Shown piece after piece: positions 46,527-56,208 of a stretch of DNA of 64,000 nucleotides. Both the position numbers and the translations under genes were made by a program. The stretch comes from a virus (taxonomy: Duplodnaviria > Heunggongvirae > Uroviricota > Caudoviricetes): IMG/VR virus record IMGVR_UViG_3300032007_000008. One strand, given 5' to 3'. Under the pieces are notes generated by a model. The model was not told where the DNA came from. It saw only the letters and a list, made by a program, of their open reading frames with translations, and did not search any database. Position 1 is the first letter of the stretch, and each line of letters opens with the position of its first letter.

Positions 46527-47759
46527 ATGGACGAGAACCTTTCCGATATCAAGCCGCGTTACCTGATAATGGTGACTGCCGACAACCATAACAAATTCTA
46601 CAAGCAGATTCCCCATGGAAGCTCATGGACTGCCGAATACGGTAGGGTTGGTTGCAGTTCGCAGACAAGAGATTATCCGATGTCTCTCTGGGACAAGAAG
46701 TACAACGAGAAGTTGAGGAAAGGCTATATCGACCAAACCGAACTCGTAAAGGAACTCATAACTGAAAATACCGACGACAGCGGAAAAACAGAAGCCGAGA
46801 TAGAGAACAAAGCCATTGCGGATGTCGTCAAAAGGTTGCAGAAATATGCAAAGGTCGCAATCAGCGAAAACTACACCATTTCTGACAACAAGGTAACGCA
46901 GTCAATGGTTGATGAGGCACAGCGTGTATTGTCAGAACTTGTCGGCATAACTACCGTTGCCGATTTCAACGAGAAGCTTCTCAAGCTGTTCAACACGATT
47001 CCGCGAAAGATGGATAAGGTTCAGAACTACCTCTCCACAAAGACATCGGAGTTTGCGGAAATCATAAGCCGCGAGCAGGACATTCTCGATGTCATGAAGG
47101 GACAGGTCGTTCAGAACACGCAAGTGGTAAAGAAATCTTCAGATTCGTCGCAGAAGAAGGAGACCGAGACGATACTTGACAAGATGGGTCTTGAGTTCTA
47201 CGAATGCGACAAACCTGAGATTGAGATAATCAAGAAGAAGCTCGGTTCGTGCGCTTCTATGCTCAAGAACGCATGGCGCGTCGTGAACAAGAAGACGCAG
47301 GCCAAGTTCGACAAGTTCGTAAGTGACAATAAGGTCAATGAGCGCGACCTTCTGTGGCATGGCTCTCGAAACGAGAATTGGTGGAGCATCATCAACCTTG
47401 GCCTCGTTCTCAACCCGACAAATGTCGTTATAAGCGGTCATATGTTTGGCCATGGGCTGTATTTCGCAAATCGTGCGAAGAAAAGTTTCGGGTACACTTC
47501 CGGAAATGGAAGCTATTGGGCGCGTGGGTATTCTAATACGGCATTTCTGTCGCTGTTCGACGTTGCCATGGGCAAGTCATTTTATACGGCAAACCACAAA
47601 TACGAGTATTATGACTACAACTGGAACACGTTTACCAAAAAGCATCCGAACTGCTTGAGCTTTTTCGCAAAGGGAGGTGCAGACCTTCGAAACGACGAGA
47701 TTATCGTATACCGTGACGACCAATGCACGATAAAGTATCTTGTTGAATTGAGCTGCTAA
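46527..47759 (+). CDS. poly(ADP-ribose) polymerase-like protein (WGR + helical regulatory + catalytic domain)
   Basis: NHNKFY...YGRVG...EKLRKGY (WGR); helical region ending in IPR; LWHGSR, GHMFGHGLYFA and LRNDEIIVY (H-Y-E triad). Confidence 0.9.
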   Translation: MDENLSDIKPRYLIMVTADNHNKFYKQIPHGSSWTAEYGRVGCSSQTRDYPMSLWDKKYNEKLRKGYIDQTELVKELITENTDDSGKTEAEIENKAIADVVKRLQKYAKVAISENYTISDNKVTQSMVDEAQRVLSELVGITTVADFNEKLLKLFNTIPRKMDKVQNYLSTKTSEFAEIISREQDILDVMKGQVVQNTQVVKKSSDSSQKKETETILDKMGLEFYECDKPEIEIIKKKLGSCASMLKNAWRVVNKKTQAKFDKFVSDNKVNERDLLWHGSRNENWWSIINLGLVLNPTNVVISGHMFGHGLYFANRAKKSFGYTSGNGSYWARGYSNTAFLSLFDVAMGKSFYTANHKYEYYDYNWNTFTKKHPNCLSFFAKGGADLRNDEIIVYRDDQCTIKYLVELSC

Positions 47760-47769
47760 TTGGAATATC

Positions 47770-48024
47770 ATGACAGTAAAGAAACTTAGAGAGCTGCTGG
47801 ACGGTCTTGATGACGATTTTCGTGTGACAATTTCATGCGAAACGCCTGATGGGTGGGTATGCCCAGACGGATGCACCGTAGACCTGAATACGGGATATAG
47901 AGGGTTTGATTGGCATGGACACGAATTCGTGCTGATACCTGAAAAGAGACTTATCTACACCAAAAAGGAAATAGATAAGCTCATGGAAAGCCATAGGTAC
48001 AAAGATGACAGTAGAGGAGCTTAA
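47770..48024 (+). CDS. hypothetical protein
   Basis: MTVKKLRELL phage small-protein start. Confidence 0.6.
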   Translation: MTVKKLRELLDGLDDDFRVTISCETPDGWVCPDGCTVDLNTGYRGFDWHGHEFVLIPEKRLIYTKKEIDKLMESHRYKDDSRGA

Positions 48025-48418
48025 AGACTGTATCGACAGATACCTTAAAAGCCATTCTGGAAATGATGAGGTTCTTTTCTGCGACGACGGAATGAAACCA
48101 TCATATTTCTCGATTTCGGCAATGGGGTCGATATTCGACAGGGAAGTGAAACCTGCGGTAATTGAACATAGAAGAGAGAAGGTCGGAATAAAATGCAATG
48201 ACGACCGCTTTCCCGGATGCAGCCATAGGAATAAAGAGACTGAAGAGTGCTTAAACAGCGTGGGGTATACATACAACGACAATGGAACGATAGACCGTTC
48301 GTATGGTATTTGTCCCTACTATAATCCTGTGTACAAGGAGGTGCCTGTTCAGCTTGAACCTCCTGAATATGCGCAAGAGAACATTTTTATGATTATACCA
48401 CTTAAAGAGGCAAAATGA
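48005..48418 (+). CDS. hypothetical protein
   Basis: MTVEELK start; Cys-containing insert. Confidence 0.6.
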   Translation: MTVEELKDCIDRYLKSHSGNDEVLFCDDGMKPSYFSISAMGSIFDREVKPAVIEHRREKVGIKCNDDRFPGCSHRNKETEECLNSVGYTYNDNGTIDRSYGICPYYNPVYKEVPVQLEPPEYAQENIFMIIPLKEAK

Positions 48419-49215
48419 TGAAACGGGAATATAAAATATATCTTAAGAATTTGGCAGACGGAAAGACTGAAGATGTTGAAAGATTCGAAGCCGACAATCC
48501 TGAAGAGGCTATAAAGAGAACAAAGTCTTATCGAGAGGCTGCAAATTGTGCAGCTGGAAAAGAATACTATTGGGATTATGTCGTAATCCATATACAGCTA
48601 GACGAGCACGGCAAGGAAGTCGATAGGGCGGAATCCATACACGAGCTGCACGAAAAGATGAAGAGCCGCGAGACGAAAAGCGAAAAAATTCGCTTTTTCT
48701 TCAGGGTTGTGTTTGACAGGATTTCAGACAAATACTATAAAATAAAATATGCTTTCCAAAGAATGTTTCGGGGATATGATGATGTCGATTCGTTCAGCAT
48801 AAGCGACCGCATACTTAACTTTCTTCTGCACAATATACCGATAATGATTGAAAACCTACACGGCTGTCCGACAAAATACTGCGAAAGGGCTTCAGAGCTT
48901 ATAGAAAAATCCAATGGTTTTGAATTCGACGGATATCCACAGAAGTCATCGCTTTCCATGAACATAGCAATGGCACTATGGAAGACGAGATTGGAAAATA
49001 TACTTAAAAGCGCACGTCTGTATCTATATTATTCTTCTTATGGCATACAATCCGCTGACGACGAGAACTGGATAAATCCGTCAGACTATCCAATCCCCCT
49101 TATGGAATGCACGGAAAGCCTGATTGATTATGAAAAATTGTACGAGTTGCAGGAAAACGCAAAGAACAAGATGTTCGATTACCTGCGTGAAGATTTCGGA
49201 GCTATGTGGAACTGA
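48415..49215 (+). CDS. hypothetical protein
   Basis: 266 aa; FQRMFRGYDD and a C-terminal FGAMWN motif. Confidence 0.65.
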   Translation: MMKREYKIYLKNLADGKTEDVERFEADNPEEAIKRTKSYREAANCAAGKEYYWDYVVIHIQLDEHGKEVDRAESIHELHEKMKSRETKSEKIRFFFRVVFDRISDKYYKIKYAFQRMFRGYDDVDSFSISDRILNFLLHNIPIMIENLHGCPTKYCERASELIEKSNGFEFDGYPQKSSLSMNIAMALWKTRLENILKSARLYLYYSSYGIQSADDENWINPSDYPIPLMECTESLIDYEKLYELQENAKNKMFDYLREDFGAMWN

Positions 49216-49224
49216 GGTTGTCAT

Positions 49225-49485
49225 ATGACGATAGACAAGATGATTGACACTTTGACTGTTCTCAAGGGCAAAGTTGGCGGAGATGAGGAAGTGCCTGTTG
49301 TACGGATTGACTATGGCGAAAACGACTACATCATCCCAGATTTTGCTGTATGCGGAAACTTCTGCGACCAAGACGGAAACGAATTCAAGTGTGCATTGGT
49401 AGGTTCAGGCGGAGGAGAGGAGTTTACAAAAACCGGAACCGGCCATTATAATTGGAATGCGAAAACTGATATCGTAAAGGTATAA
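49225..49485 (+). CDS. hypothetical protein
   Basis: 86 aa, GAGG RBS. Confidence 0.55.
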   Translation: MTIDKMIDTLTVLKGKVGGDEEVPVVRIDYGENDYIIPDFAVCGNFCDQDGNEFKCALVGSGGGEEFTKTGTGHYNWNAKTDIVKV

Positions 49486-49505
49486 TTTAACTTAAGGAAA
49501 CTGAT

Positions 49506-49901
49506 ATGAACAAAAATACAATAAGAATGAAGTTAGTGGAAACGGCCAAGCGCGTCCATACGCTCAAGGAACGTTTCGAATATATTGCGGAAAACAATAA
49601 GCTTGAGGAGTTCGGAGGATTCTTCCCAGGACAGTACAGCGTATCGGTTATGAACCCTCTATGGGAAATCTCCGATAAAGAGCGTGAAGCGTTCAGGGAT
49701 TGGCTTTCCGAGAAATTCACACCGAATGACGACGAGTATTTGCTCGAATATCATCTATCAAACGTAGATTGCGTGATAAGTGGATATTTCCACGGACTCG
49801 TTGACAAAAAGTTTGAAATTGACGAGCGGGTAGTCAAGAACTACATCGAATCGTGCGGGATGGTTGAAAAGACGATTCTTTCGATAATCGAAAATCTTTA
49901 A
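49506..49901 (+). CDS. hypothetical protein
   Basis: 131 aa, AAGGA RBS. Confidence 0.6.
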   Translation: MNKNTIRMKLVETAKRVHTLKERFEYIAENNKLEEFGGFFPGQYSVSVMNPLWEISDKEREAFRDWLSEKFTPNDDEYLLEYHLSNVDCVISGYFHGLVDKKFEIDERVVKNYIESCGMVEKTILSIIENL

Positions 49902-49920
49902 TCAATCGAAACATGGAAAC

Positions 49921-49950
49921 AAAAAGGACGCCAGCGATGGCGTCCTTTTT
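49921..49950. terminator. bidirectional intrinsic terminator
   Basis: AAAAAGGACGCCA-gcga-TGGCGTCCTTTTT between convergent gene blocks. Confidence 0.85.
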
Positions 49951-50305
49951 ATTTGGATTCTTTAGTTGGTCTACAGTATTTGCAGTTCGGAAGATGGAGA
50001 ATGCTTCTCCCATGGTACAGATGATACTTTAGATATTCATGACGTTCGCCGCGAACTGAAATCTCCACCAACGAAAACTCGCCAGAAGCATCAGTCTCGA
50101 TTCCGTTTTCTTTTTCATAGAATCCGCACAGTAACATTGAAACTGCGACTGCCACGGATGCGAACAATATCTTTATGTTATGCTTTTTCATGTTTTGGCT
50201 TTCTGTTTGTCGGGATTCGTAGATTCCTACGAAATACAACACAATAATCAATGCAAACAACAGCAGTGCAATGCCAAGAATGGAAAACATGACAAATTCA
50301 GCCAT
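49949..50305 (-). CDS. membrane protein
   Basis: Two hydrophobic segments and an H.P.C..C motif. Confidence 0.55.
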   Translation of the reverse strand: MAEFVMFSILGIALLLFALIIVLYFVGIYESRQTESQNMKKHNIKILFASVAVAVSMLLCGFYEKENGIETDASGEFSLVEISVRGERHEYLKYHLYHGRSILHLPNCKYCRPTKESK

Positions 50306-51089
50306 CAGAAATACCCTTCGCTATTATAATGTCTTCTTTATTAATCTTTTTGTATTTCTCGTTTTCGTGGTATCCTTCCGATGCGTACATTATCTCACAG
50401 AGATTTTTTAGAAGGTCGTCTGTGCTATAGCTTCCATTTGAGCCATCCCCCTTACAACGTGCGCAGTTTTTTAGTTCCATTTCAATCTTCTGCAATGTTA
50501 CCGCCATTGCGAGAGCTTCATCATATAGGCTTTGGTATCTTAAGTTGGGTACGCATTCCATTCTCTTGATTGACTTAACCCTCTCGTCGAGAACCCTAGC
50601 CCACTTGTCTATGTGACGTTGGAGGTCATATCCCTTTTCTTCGTGTAGCGTTCGTATGTCGGAGGAAAGCCTTTCCAGCCTGTTTATATTATCCTCCATA
50701 GTCCAGTACTGTGGATTTACGTTTTTGTTTGGTGCATATGGAAGTGCCTTATAATCGCAATCGTTGTCTTCGTATGACGATGTTGATTCATGCAAGAGCT
50801 GTTCTTCCCCGTTGTCGCTATTTTTGCAGTCTGCCGAAGATTTCAGCATATCCAATATTGAAACTGCCTTTTCCGTCTTTGCCTTTTTGTCGTCATCGAT
50901 AACTTCATCGAAAACATGAGGCTCATAGAGCCATTTTATAAATCGTCCAGCGGATACTCCCTCATGAACGTTATAGACGTATTCGCGCTTTTCCTTTGTG
51001 TATGCATCTATTGCATTGTCAACTGTCTTGTAAAAAGCAAAGTTTGTTACTACTTCGGGTTGCGGAAGATTTTTGTCTATGTGTATCAT
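50298..51089 (-). CDS. hypothetical protein
   Basis: 263-aa ORF. Confidence 0.6.
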   Translation of the reverse strand: MIHIDKNLPQPEVVTNFAFYKTVDNAIDAYTKEKREYVYNVHEGVSAGRFIKWLYEPHVFDEVIDDDKKAKTEKAVSILDMLKSSADCKNSDNGEEQLLHESTSSYEDNDCDYKALPYAPNKNVNPQYWTMEDNINRLERLSSDIRTLHEEKGYDLQRHIDKWARVLDERVKSIKRMECVPNLRYQSLYDEALAMAVTLQKIEMELKNCARCKGDGSNGSYSTDDLLKNLCEIMYASEGYHENEKYKKINKEDIIIAKGISDG

Positions 51090-51120
51090 AATGGTTAAAT
51101 TATACCGCCATACAAGCAGT

Positions 51121-52521
51121 TTAGACCTTCAGACCCATTATCATTCCGTCGCGAGCTGTGTCCTGAAGTTCCGTAAACCCTATCTTCTTCGCAAGGGATA
51201 CCACAGCCTCTTTCGAAGTTCCGCTATCAGGCTGAACTTTCATCAGAAACTGCCATATTCCTCTTTTTTCTGTTATGTCGGATAAAGCCTTCCGAGCTAT
51301 CATCTTAGCATATCCAAGACCGCGAAACGGCTTCTCCACGTGAATGTATTCAATGTTGCATATCAGCGAATATGGGTCGAAGAAAGACATGCACCGCTCG
51401 TCGAAATCCTCTATTTCGCCAGAGAATTTAGATGCTATCTCATCAGAATATCCGACGTTTATGTCCATGTAAGCAACATATGTTCCCTCTTTCGTCATAA
51501 CGGAATAGCCATTTCCATCAGAGTCGAACTTAAGCTCGTCAACATCCCTTGTTGAGTCTTCGTTCACCGTATCCCGTCCAAGTAGAGATTTTTTCTCGTC
51601 ACACCATTTTCTGAAAAGTACGTTTCCGTTGCTGTAAGCCTCGGACTCCACGTTTTCAAGCTCAGGGTTCTCGTCTATCGTGCCATCTTTGTCGAGATTT
51701 TCAAATTCGCGTCCTCCAACTACATGCTGATGGTGGTGAAAAAGTTCGTGGGCGAAAGTTCTCAGTATGTCCTTCGGATGGCGACCGCTTACAAATATCC
51801 TTATTATGCAACCGTCGCAGTCGTAGTTTCCGGTCTTTCCGAGAACGTCCTGCGGCTCATCCAAAAGAACTATCTTCGGCCTTGGGGAGCAGATGCATCC
51901 ATTCCTGTCGAAATAGTCCATCATGTCGTAGAAGAGAGGTTCTATACTGTCGTTTCCAAAAGATTCGTTTATGTCGCCAGACATGTCGAACGAATCTATC
52001 AGAGAGACAATCTTTTTTTCGTGACTCTTGTCGGACGACTTATAGAAAAAGTTCTGTTGAGTCCCCTTTGTCCATTTGGACTTGGCTATCGTCTTTTTCT
52101 TCAGACCAAACTGTCCGTAGAAATCCAAAAGACCCTTTCCACCGTCCTTATCGACAGCCCACCACACGTTTTCGTACTCTGAAAGGATTTTATTTATGAG
52201 ACGCTTTCCATAGCCCTTCGTGAAAGATTGTATTTCCGCGAGGAGGATTATGTCCTTTGTCTCGCTGTCGTTCGGAACGTGTTTCAGCACACAGAGAGCA
52301 CGGCATTTGCCATCCTTGAATATTCCGTACCATTTCTTCTTTTTGTCTTTGAAGTATTTTACGAATTGCGCTCTACTATAGCGTTCATTTTCATTGTAAG
52401 ACTTTGCGTCATCGAGAATTTTCTTAACCTCATCATCTGACTTCACAAATTCAAATGACGCCTTTCCAGACGATTCAAAAAGAACCGTCCTATATGCGTT
52501 CTGTATGGTCAACCGTTCCAT
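51121..52521 (-). CDS. GNAT-zincin metallopeptidase-GNAT multidomain protein
   Basis: KGYGKRLI...FYGQFG (GNAT); RTFAHELFHHHQ...E.EAY (HExxH); VEKPFRGLGYA...KKIGF (GNAT); RLTIQNAYRTV N-terminus; INES/VNED linkers. Confidence 0.75.
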   Translation of the reverse strand: MERLTIQNAYRTVLFESSGKASFEFVKSDDEVKKILDDAKSYNENERYSRAQFVKYFKDKKKKWYGIFKDGKCRALCVLKHVPNDSETKDIILLAEIQSFTKGYGKRLINKILSEYENVWWAVDKDGGKGLLDFYGQFGLKKKTIAKSKWTKGTQQNFFYKSSDKSHEKKIVSLIDSFDMSGDINESFGNDSIEPLFYDMMDYFDRNGCICSPRPKIVLLDEPQDVLGKTGNYDCDGCIIRIFVSGRHPKDILRTFAHELFHHHQHVVGGREFENLDKDGTIDENPELENVESEAYSNGNVLFRKWCDEKKSLLGRDTVNEDSTRDVDELKFDSDGNGYSVMTKEGTYVAYMDINVGYSDEIASKFSGEIEDFDERCMSFFDPYSLICNIEYIHVEKPFRGLGYAKMIARKALSDITEKRGIWQFLMKVQPDSGTSKEAVVSLAKKIGFTELQDTARDGMIMGLKV

Positions 52522-52539
52522 TTCTAGTTTCCAGAATAT

Positions 52540-52713
52540 TTACTTGGAGGCGTTCTTCGACACTTCCGCGTTTTTTCTATGTCTCACACAGCGTCCGTAG
52601 GATTCCGCTATGTTGAATCTCTCCATCTGCATGGATGAAGATTTCACGGTTTCTTTAGAGTTTCCGTAGTAGACTCCCCTATATGCGTTTTCGATTGTTC
52701 TTCTCGTATTCAT
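52540..52713 (-). CDS. 57-aa protein containing two copies of the RxxIxxAY motif
   Basis: Manual translation MNTRRTIENAYRGVYY...MERFNIAESYGRCV...; below the ORF-track size cutoff. Confidence 0.55.
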   Translation of the reverse strand: MNTRRTIENAYRGVYYGNSKETVKSSSMQMERFNIAESYGRCVRHRKNAEVSKNASK

Positions 52714-52743
52714 TGTATCGCCTTTACTAGTGTTTCGACTGAA

Positions 52744-53172
52744 TTAGACATAGACAGGTTCGATTTTCCCCCTAATCGTGTTTTCGAATGGTATGAATCC
52801 TACTGTTTCGTTTCCATCTCGGTACATTGCCGCAAGCTTGTTTGAATATACAGGCGGCGTTCGTTTATTTGTGGCCATCGTTATGTGCGGATTCGCGTTA
52901 TTGCAGCCTATGTCTTCAACGTCGCCGGTCTTCACGAGAGCTGCAACGCAATTCATATCGTACACGATTCCTTCCGTGTTTAATATAACAGCGGAACCGA
53001 ACAGCGAGTTGTCGAAATCTGCAACCTGCGACGCACCATATGCCAATGTGAGATGGTCGCAATACAGCTTATCGTAACTATTTCCGAACTTTGCACGTAC
53101 AACGTTGGTCAAAAGCTCGGAACTTTGCTGCTCAAGCTTCACGCAGATGTATTTTATTGTTTCGGAATTCAT
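52744..53172 (-). CDS. 2H phosphoesterase (tRNA-ligase cyclic phosphodiesterase-like)
   Basis: Two HxT motifs (DHLTLAY, PHITMAT) and PVYSN. Confidence 0.75.
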   Translation of the reverse strand: MNSETIKYICVKLEQQSSELLTNVVRAKFGNSYDKLYCDHLTLAYGASQVADFDNSLFGSAVILNTEGIVYDMNCVAALVKTGDVEDIGCNNANPHITMATNKRTPPVYSNKLAAMYRDGNETVGFIPFENTIRGKIEPVYV

Positions 53173-53173
53173 A

Positions 53174-55054
53174 TTATTCAGAAAGCTCGTTGCAAATTTC
53201 TTCCGCACGTTCAGCTATTTTTTCACTCCATGCTTCGGGATTGGCCACAAACTCTTCAAGAGAACCCTGTTCCGACGATAATTCGTATACTATGAATCCT
53301 GCTATGGAATCGTCGCATCCGAGCATGTCCTTAACTATCGAAAATGCCTTCTTTTCCAAATCCGTATATCCTTCGCAGATGTCGTCGGACTCGTCGATGG
53401 AGGCATTCTTGCTTCTGTCGTACACTGCTTCTATTCCGAGCATTGAGGCTATGTCGCGTCCTGTCGCCGTTCCGCTCAATATCTTCGCCCTGAGGGAATT
53501 CTTCTCGCCCATGTTGACGGACTCGTTTGCCATTCCTCCATTCTCAGAACGAATCTTGTCAAGTTCCGCGTTGATTTGGCGAACCTCGTCCTGTACTACC
53601 GCCATCATCGAGTCGAAAACCCTCGCCGCATCCTCAGGATTGTGGAGTCCCCAGTTCGCCATGTAGTTTATGGATGTGTTCGTAGTCTCTTCGTATCCAT
53701 ATGTCATAGAGACGAGCCAAGCTGTCATTTCCGCCTCCTGTTCCTGGTCTCCGTACATTTTCTTCTTGGAGTACTTAGACCCAGGCCAATGGCACAGAGA
53801 GTGCGTAAGCTCATGAATCATCGTCTTAACTAGGTCTGAGTTTTCGGTGGCTCCTGCAAGAACTCGGATTTTCTTTCCGTTTTCTGCGGAATATCCGCGA
53901 GCACCACCCCTTATGTCTTCGACACCGAAGTCTATTCCGTTATTTTTGCATACGCGGCGAATTGCTTCGGCAAGTTCAAGCGTAGCTTTTGTTGGATAGC
54001 CTGTATCGTCGTACCAGCTCATGTCTATCGGCTTTCCATCATCGTCTGTCGTGGTTGTGTCAACGTCGTTCGTCTTTGTTGGGTATTCATCCTTCGTGCC
54101 AGGCATTGGTTCGGTAAAGCGAACGTCGCAAAACGTCGATTCCCACTTGAATTTTATGAATGTCTGATGACGGCTACCGTACATGAGTATTCTTCGTCTG
54201 AGAACATCCTTCTGTATTCCATTGAGTTCGTCAACGGATTTCTTTCCAACTTCATCTAGGAACTGCTTGGTTATGAATTCCTTGTCCGCAGACTTTCCGG
54301 CCGAACCACCACGGAATCCGCCTCCGCTGTCCTTTACGCACAATGTTATGAACTTCGCATCGGCATTGACCGTTCTCTTGAATGTGCGTTTCCACGTTCC
54401 GGCAGCTTCCACGAGAGTGGCCTGCGGGTCTTGAATCATTATAAGAATAGTGTTGTTGAACGAATACAAACGGCCTCCGTTTGCGGCCAGCCTGTCTCTG
54501 AATCCTATAATCTGCTTTATCTTTTTCTTGAACTCGTCCGACGAAGTTATATTCATCAGAGTCATCTTGAAATCTCTGAGCTTGTTTTGCAGTTCTGCGG
54601 CAAGCTCCTTCGTGTTGACACGATTTCCGTCAGGCAGCTCCACTGTGGATGCGGCGGTGTCTTCTCCACCACCGCTTATCAGCTTCTTAAGTTCCTCTTC
54701 GAGTGTATCGAGAATTCCCGGAATGGCAGATGCATCTTCGCCTGTTTCAGCAGCGATTTCCTCAAGAACCTTCTTGACTTTTGTGTTTAGAACAGCCCTT
54801 GGGCGGTCGTCCCAGTCAACTGCGGCAGGGCTGTTGGAGAATTTGTCCCATCTCACGCCATGCCTGTCCAGCATTGCCTTGTGTCCCCACGTGTCTAGCT
54901 GTCCCCTATCGACAACGAATTTTCCGTGGGTCTTCTTGTCCTTCGGGTTTGTGAACTTTCCGACTCTGAATATGTCGGGCAGTGCTTCGTCAATATTTGT
55001 GTTTTTAGATGCCAGATATGCTTCGCATATCCTTCTGTTCTCAAGATAGTTCAT
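53174..55054 (-). CDS. ArdC-like ssDNA-binding domain + zincin metallopeptidase (polyvalent-type protein)
   Basis: YSFNNTILIMIQ.P.AT.V....W (ArdC N-domain); HELTH...EQEAE...SINYMANW; NRRICEAY N-terminus. Confidence 0.75.
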   Translation of the reverse strand: MNYLENRRICEAYLASKNTNIDEALPDIFRVGKFTNPKDKKTHGKFVVDRGQLDTWGHKAMLDRHGVRWDKFSNSPAAVDWDDRPRAVLNTKVKKVLEEIAAETGEDASAIPGILDTLEEELKKLISGGGEDTAASTVELPDGNRVNTKELAAELQNKLRDFKMTLMNITSSDEFKKKIKQIIGFRDRLAANGGRLYSFNNTILIMIQDPQATLVEAAGTWKRTFKRTVNADAKFITLCVKDSGGGFRGGSAGKSADKEFITKQFLDEVGKKSVDELNGIQKDVLRRRILMYGSRHQTFIKFKWESTFCDVRFTEPMPGTKDEYPTKTNDVDTTTTDDDGKPIDMSWYDDTGYPTKATLELAEAIRRVCKNNGIDFGVEDIRGGARGYSAENGKKIRVLAGATENSDLVKTMIHELTHSLCHWPGSKYSKKKMYGDQEQEAEMTAWLVSMTYGYEETTNTSINYMANWGLHNPEDAARVFDSMMAVVQDEVRQINAELDKIRSENGGMANESVNMGEKNSLRAKILSGTATGRDIASMLGIEAVYDRSKNASIDESDDICEGYTDLEKKAFSIVKDMLGCDDSIAGFIVYELSSEQGSLEEFVANPEAWSEKIAERAEEICNELSE

Positions 55055-55121
55055 CTGTTTGTGCCATTCGCCGTAAATAAGGCATATGGCACTATTTAGG
55101 GTTTTTTGACTCTAATGCTGT

Positions 55122-56204
55122 TTATCTTGAGACAGAATCGCGCAGCTCTATCATGTAGTCTACGACATCATCCACGTTCGATATGGAATTTGTCTTTGGA
55201 TTGTACCAAAACGTGTACAGAATATAGAAGATATAAAAAAGTTCGTACAGATTTCTCTTTCGTTTGCGTCTGTCCACCACTATCTTATCTTCGGTTACAC
55301 CCCAATTTGAATAAAACGGAACACCATACGTCTTTACGGTCTTTCCGGCCATTAGAGCCTCAAATCCGAATTGGGACGAACATACGTATACAGTATCCGA
55401 AATGTTTATCAGAGAATATGGATTGACTGGAAAAGTAACCGGTATAACCCTACCGTTTCGGCTCATTCCCTGGTAATAACCCCGTTGGCAAGAACCTCTG
55501 CACATCGAATCTGGATGTGTTTTCACAAGTATATCCGAATCTGGATTTTCGTCTATTGCGTCGGCAAGCATTCTTTTGAAAGTTGAATCGTCTGCGAGAC
55601 CTTTTGATATGGCGTAGTCTCCATACGACTGGTCGATTACAAGAACCTTTTTGGAGTGTTTTCCGAAATCGAAGTCTGGCATGGCCAAAGGCTGATGGTT
55701 GTATTTCGAAATCTTGTTATTGACTATCTTTTCAATAATCCTCTTTGATTCATTCAGCTCGGTGTCTCCGATGTTCAAAGAGTCGTCATTAAGCATGTTT
55801 TCAATTCGCGTTGGACGAGTAGCGTCGAAATAATACCCAAGGGTGTCAACCGTCAGAGAGCACGGCTGTAGCAGATTTTGCGGAATCGCAGAATCAGCCC
55901 ATGTGCCGTAGCTTCTTATGAAGCCATCTTCACAAAGAAGCAACGCCGTTTCATCATGCGCCATTGCATACCGCATCGATGCGAAGTTATTGGCATGAAG
56001 GCCGTTTCCCCAAAGAATGGCGGCATCGTAGCTTTTTGAGCTTGGATTGCTATTGAATGTGCTTTTTGAGAAAATCTTGTTTATGTGAATCCACCTCTGC
56101 GGATTCAATATCGACACAGCCATGTCTTCGTATACAGAAAAATTGCTCTGTATGTCTCTTGATGCAAGGGATTCGAGATTTTTTGAAAATTCTGTTTTGT
56201 CCAT
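55122..56204 (-). CDS. KpsC/LipA-like capsule polysaccharide biosynthesis glycosyltransferase domain
   Basis: EDGFIRS, ISKYN, VKTHP and SSQFGFEALMAGK.V..YG.PFY..WG.T.D. Confidence 0.85.
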   Translation of the reverse strand: MDKTEFSKNLESLASRDIQSNFSVYEDMAVSILNPQRWIHINKIFSKSTFNSNPSSKSYDAAILWGNGLHANNFASMRYAMAHDETALLLCEDGFIRSYGTWADSAIPQNLLQPCSLTVDTLGYYFDATRPTRIENMLNDDSLNIGDTELNESKRIIEKIVNNKISKYNHQPLAMPDFDFGKHSKKVLVIDQSYGDYAISKGLADDSTFKRMLADAIDENPDSDILVKTHPDSMCRGSCQRGYYQGMSRNGRVIPVTFPVNPYSLINISDTVYVCSSQFGFEALMAGKTVKTYGVPFYSNWGVTEDKIVVDRRKRKRNLYELFYIFYILYTFWYNPKTNSISNVDDVVDYMIELRDSVSR

Positions 56205-56208
56205 TGGC

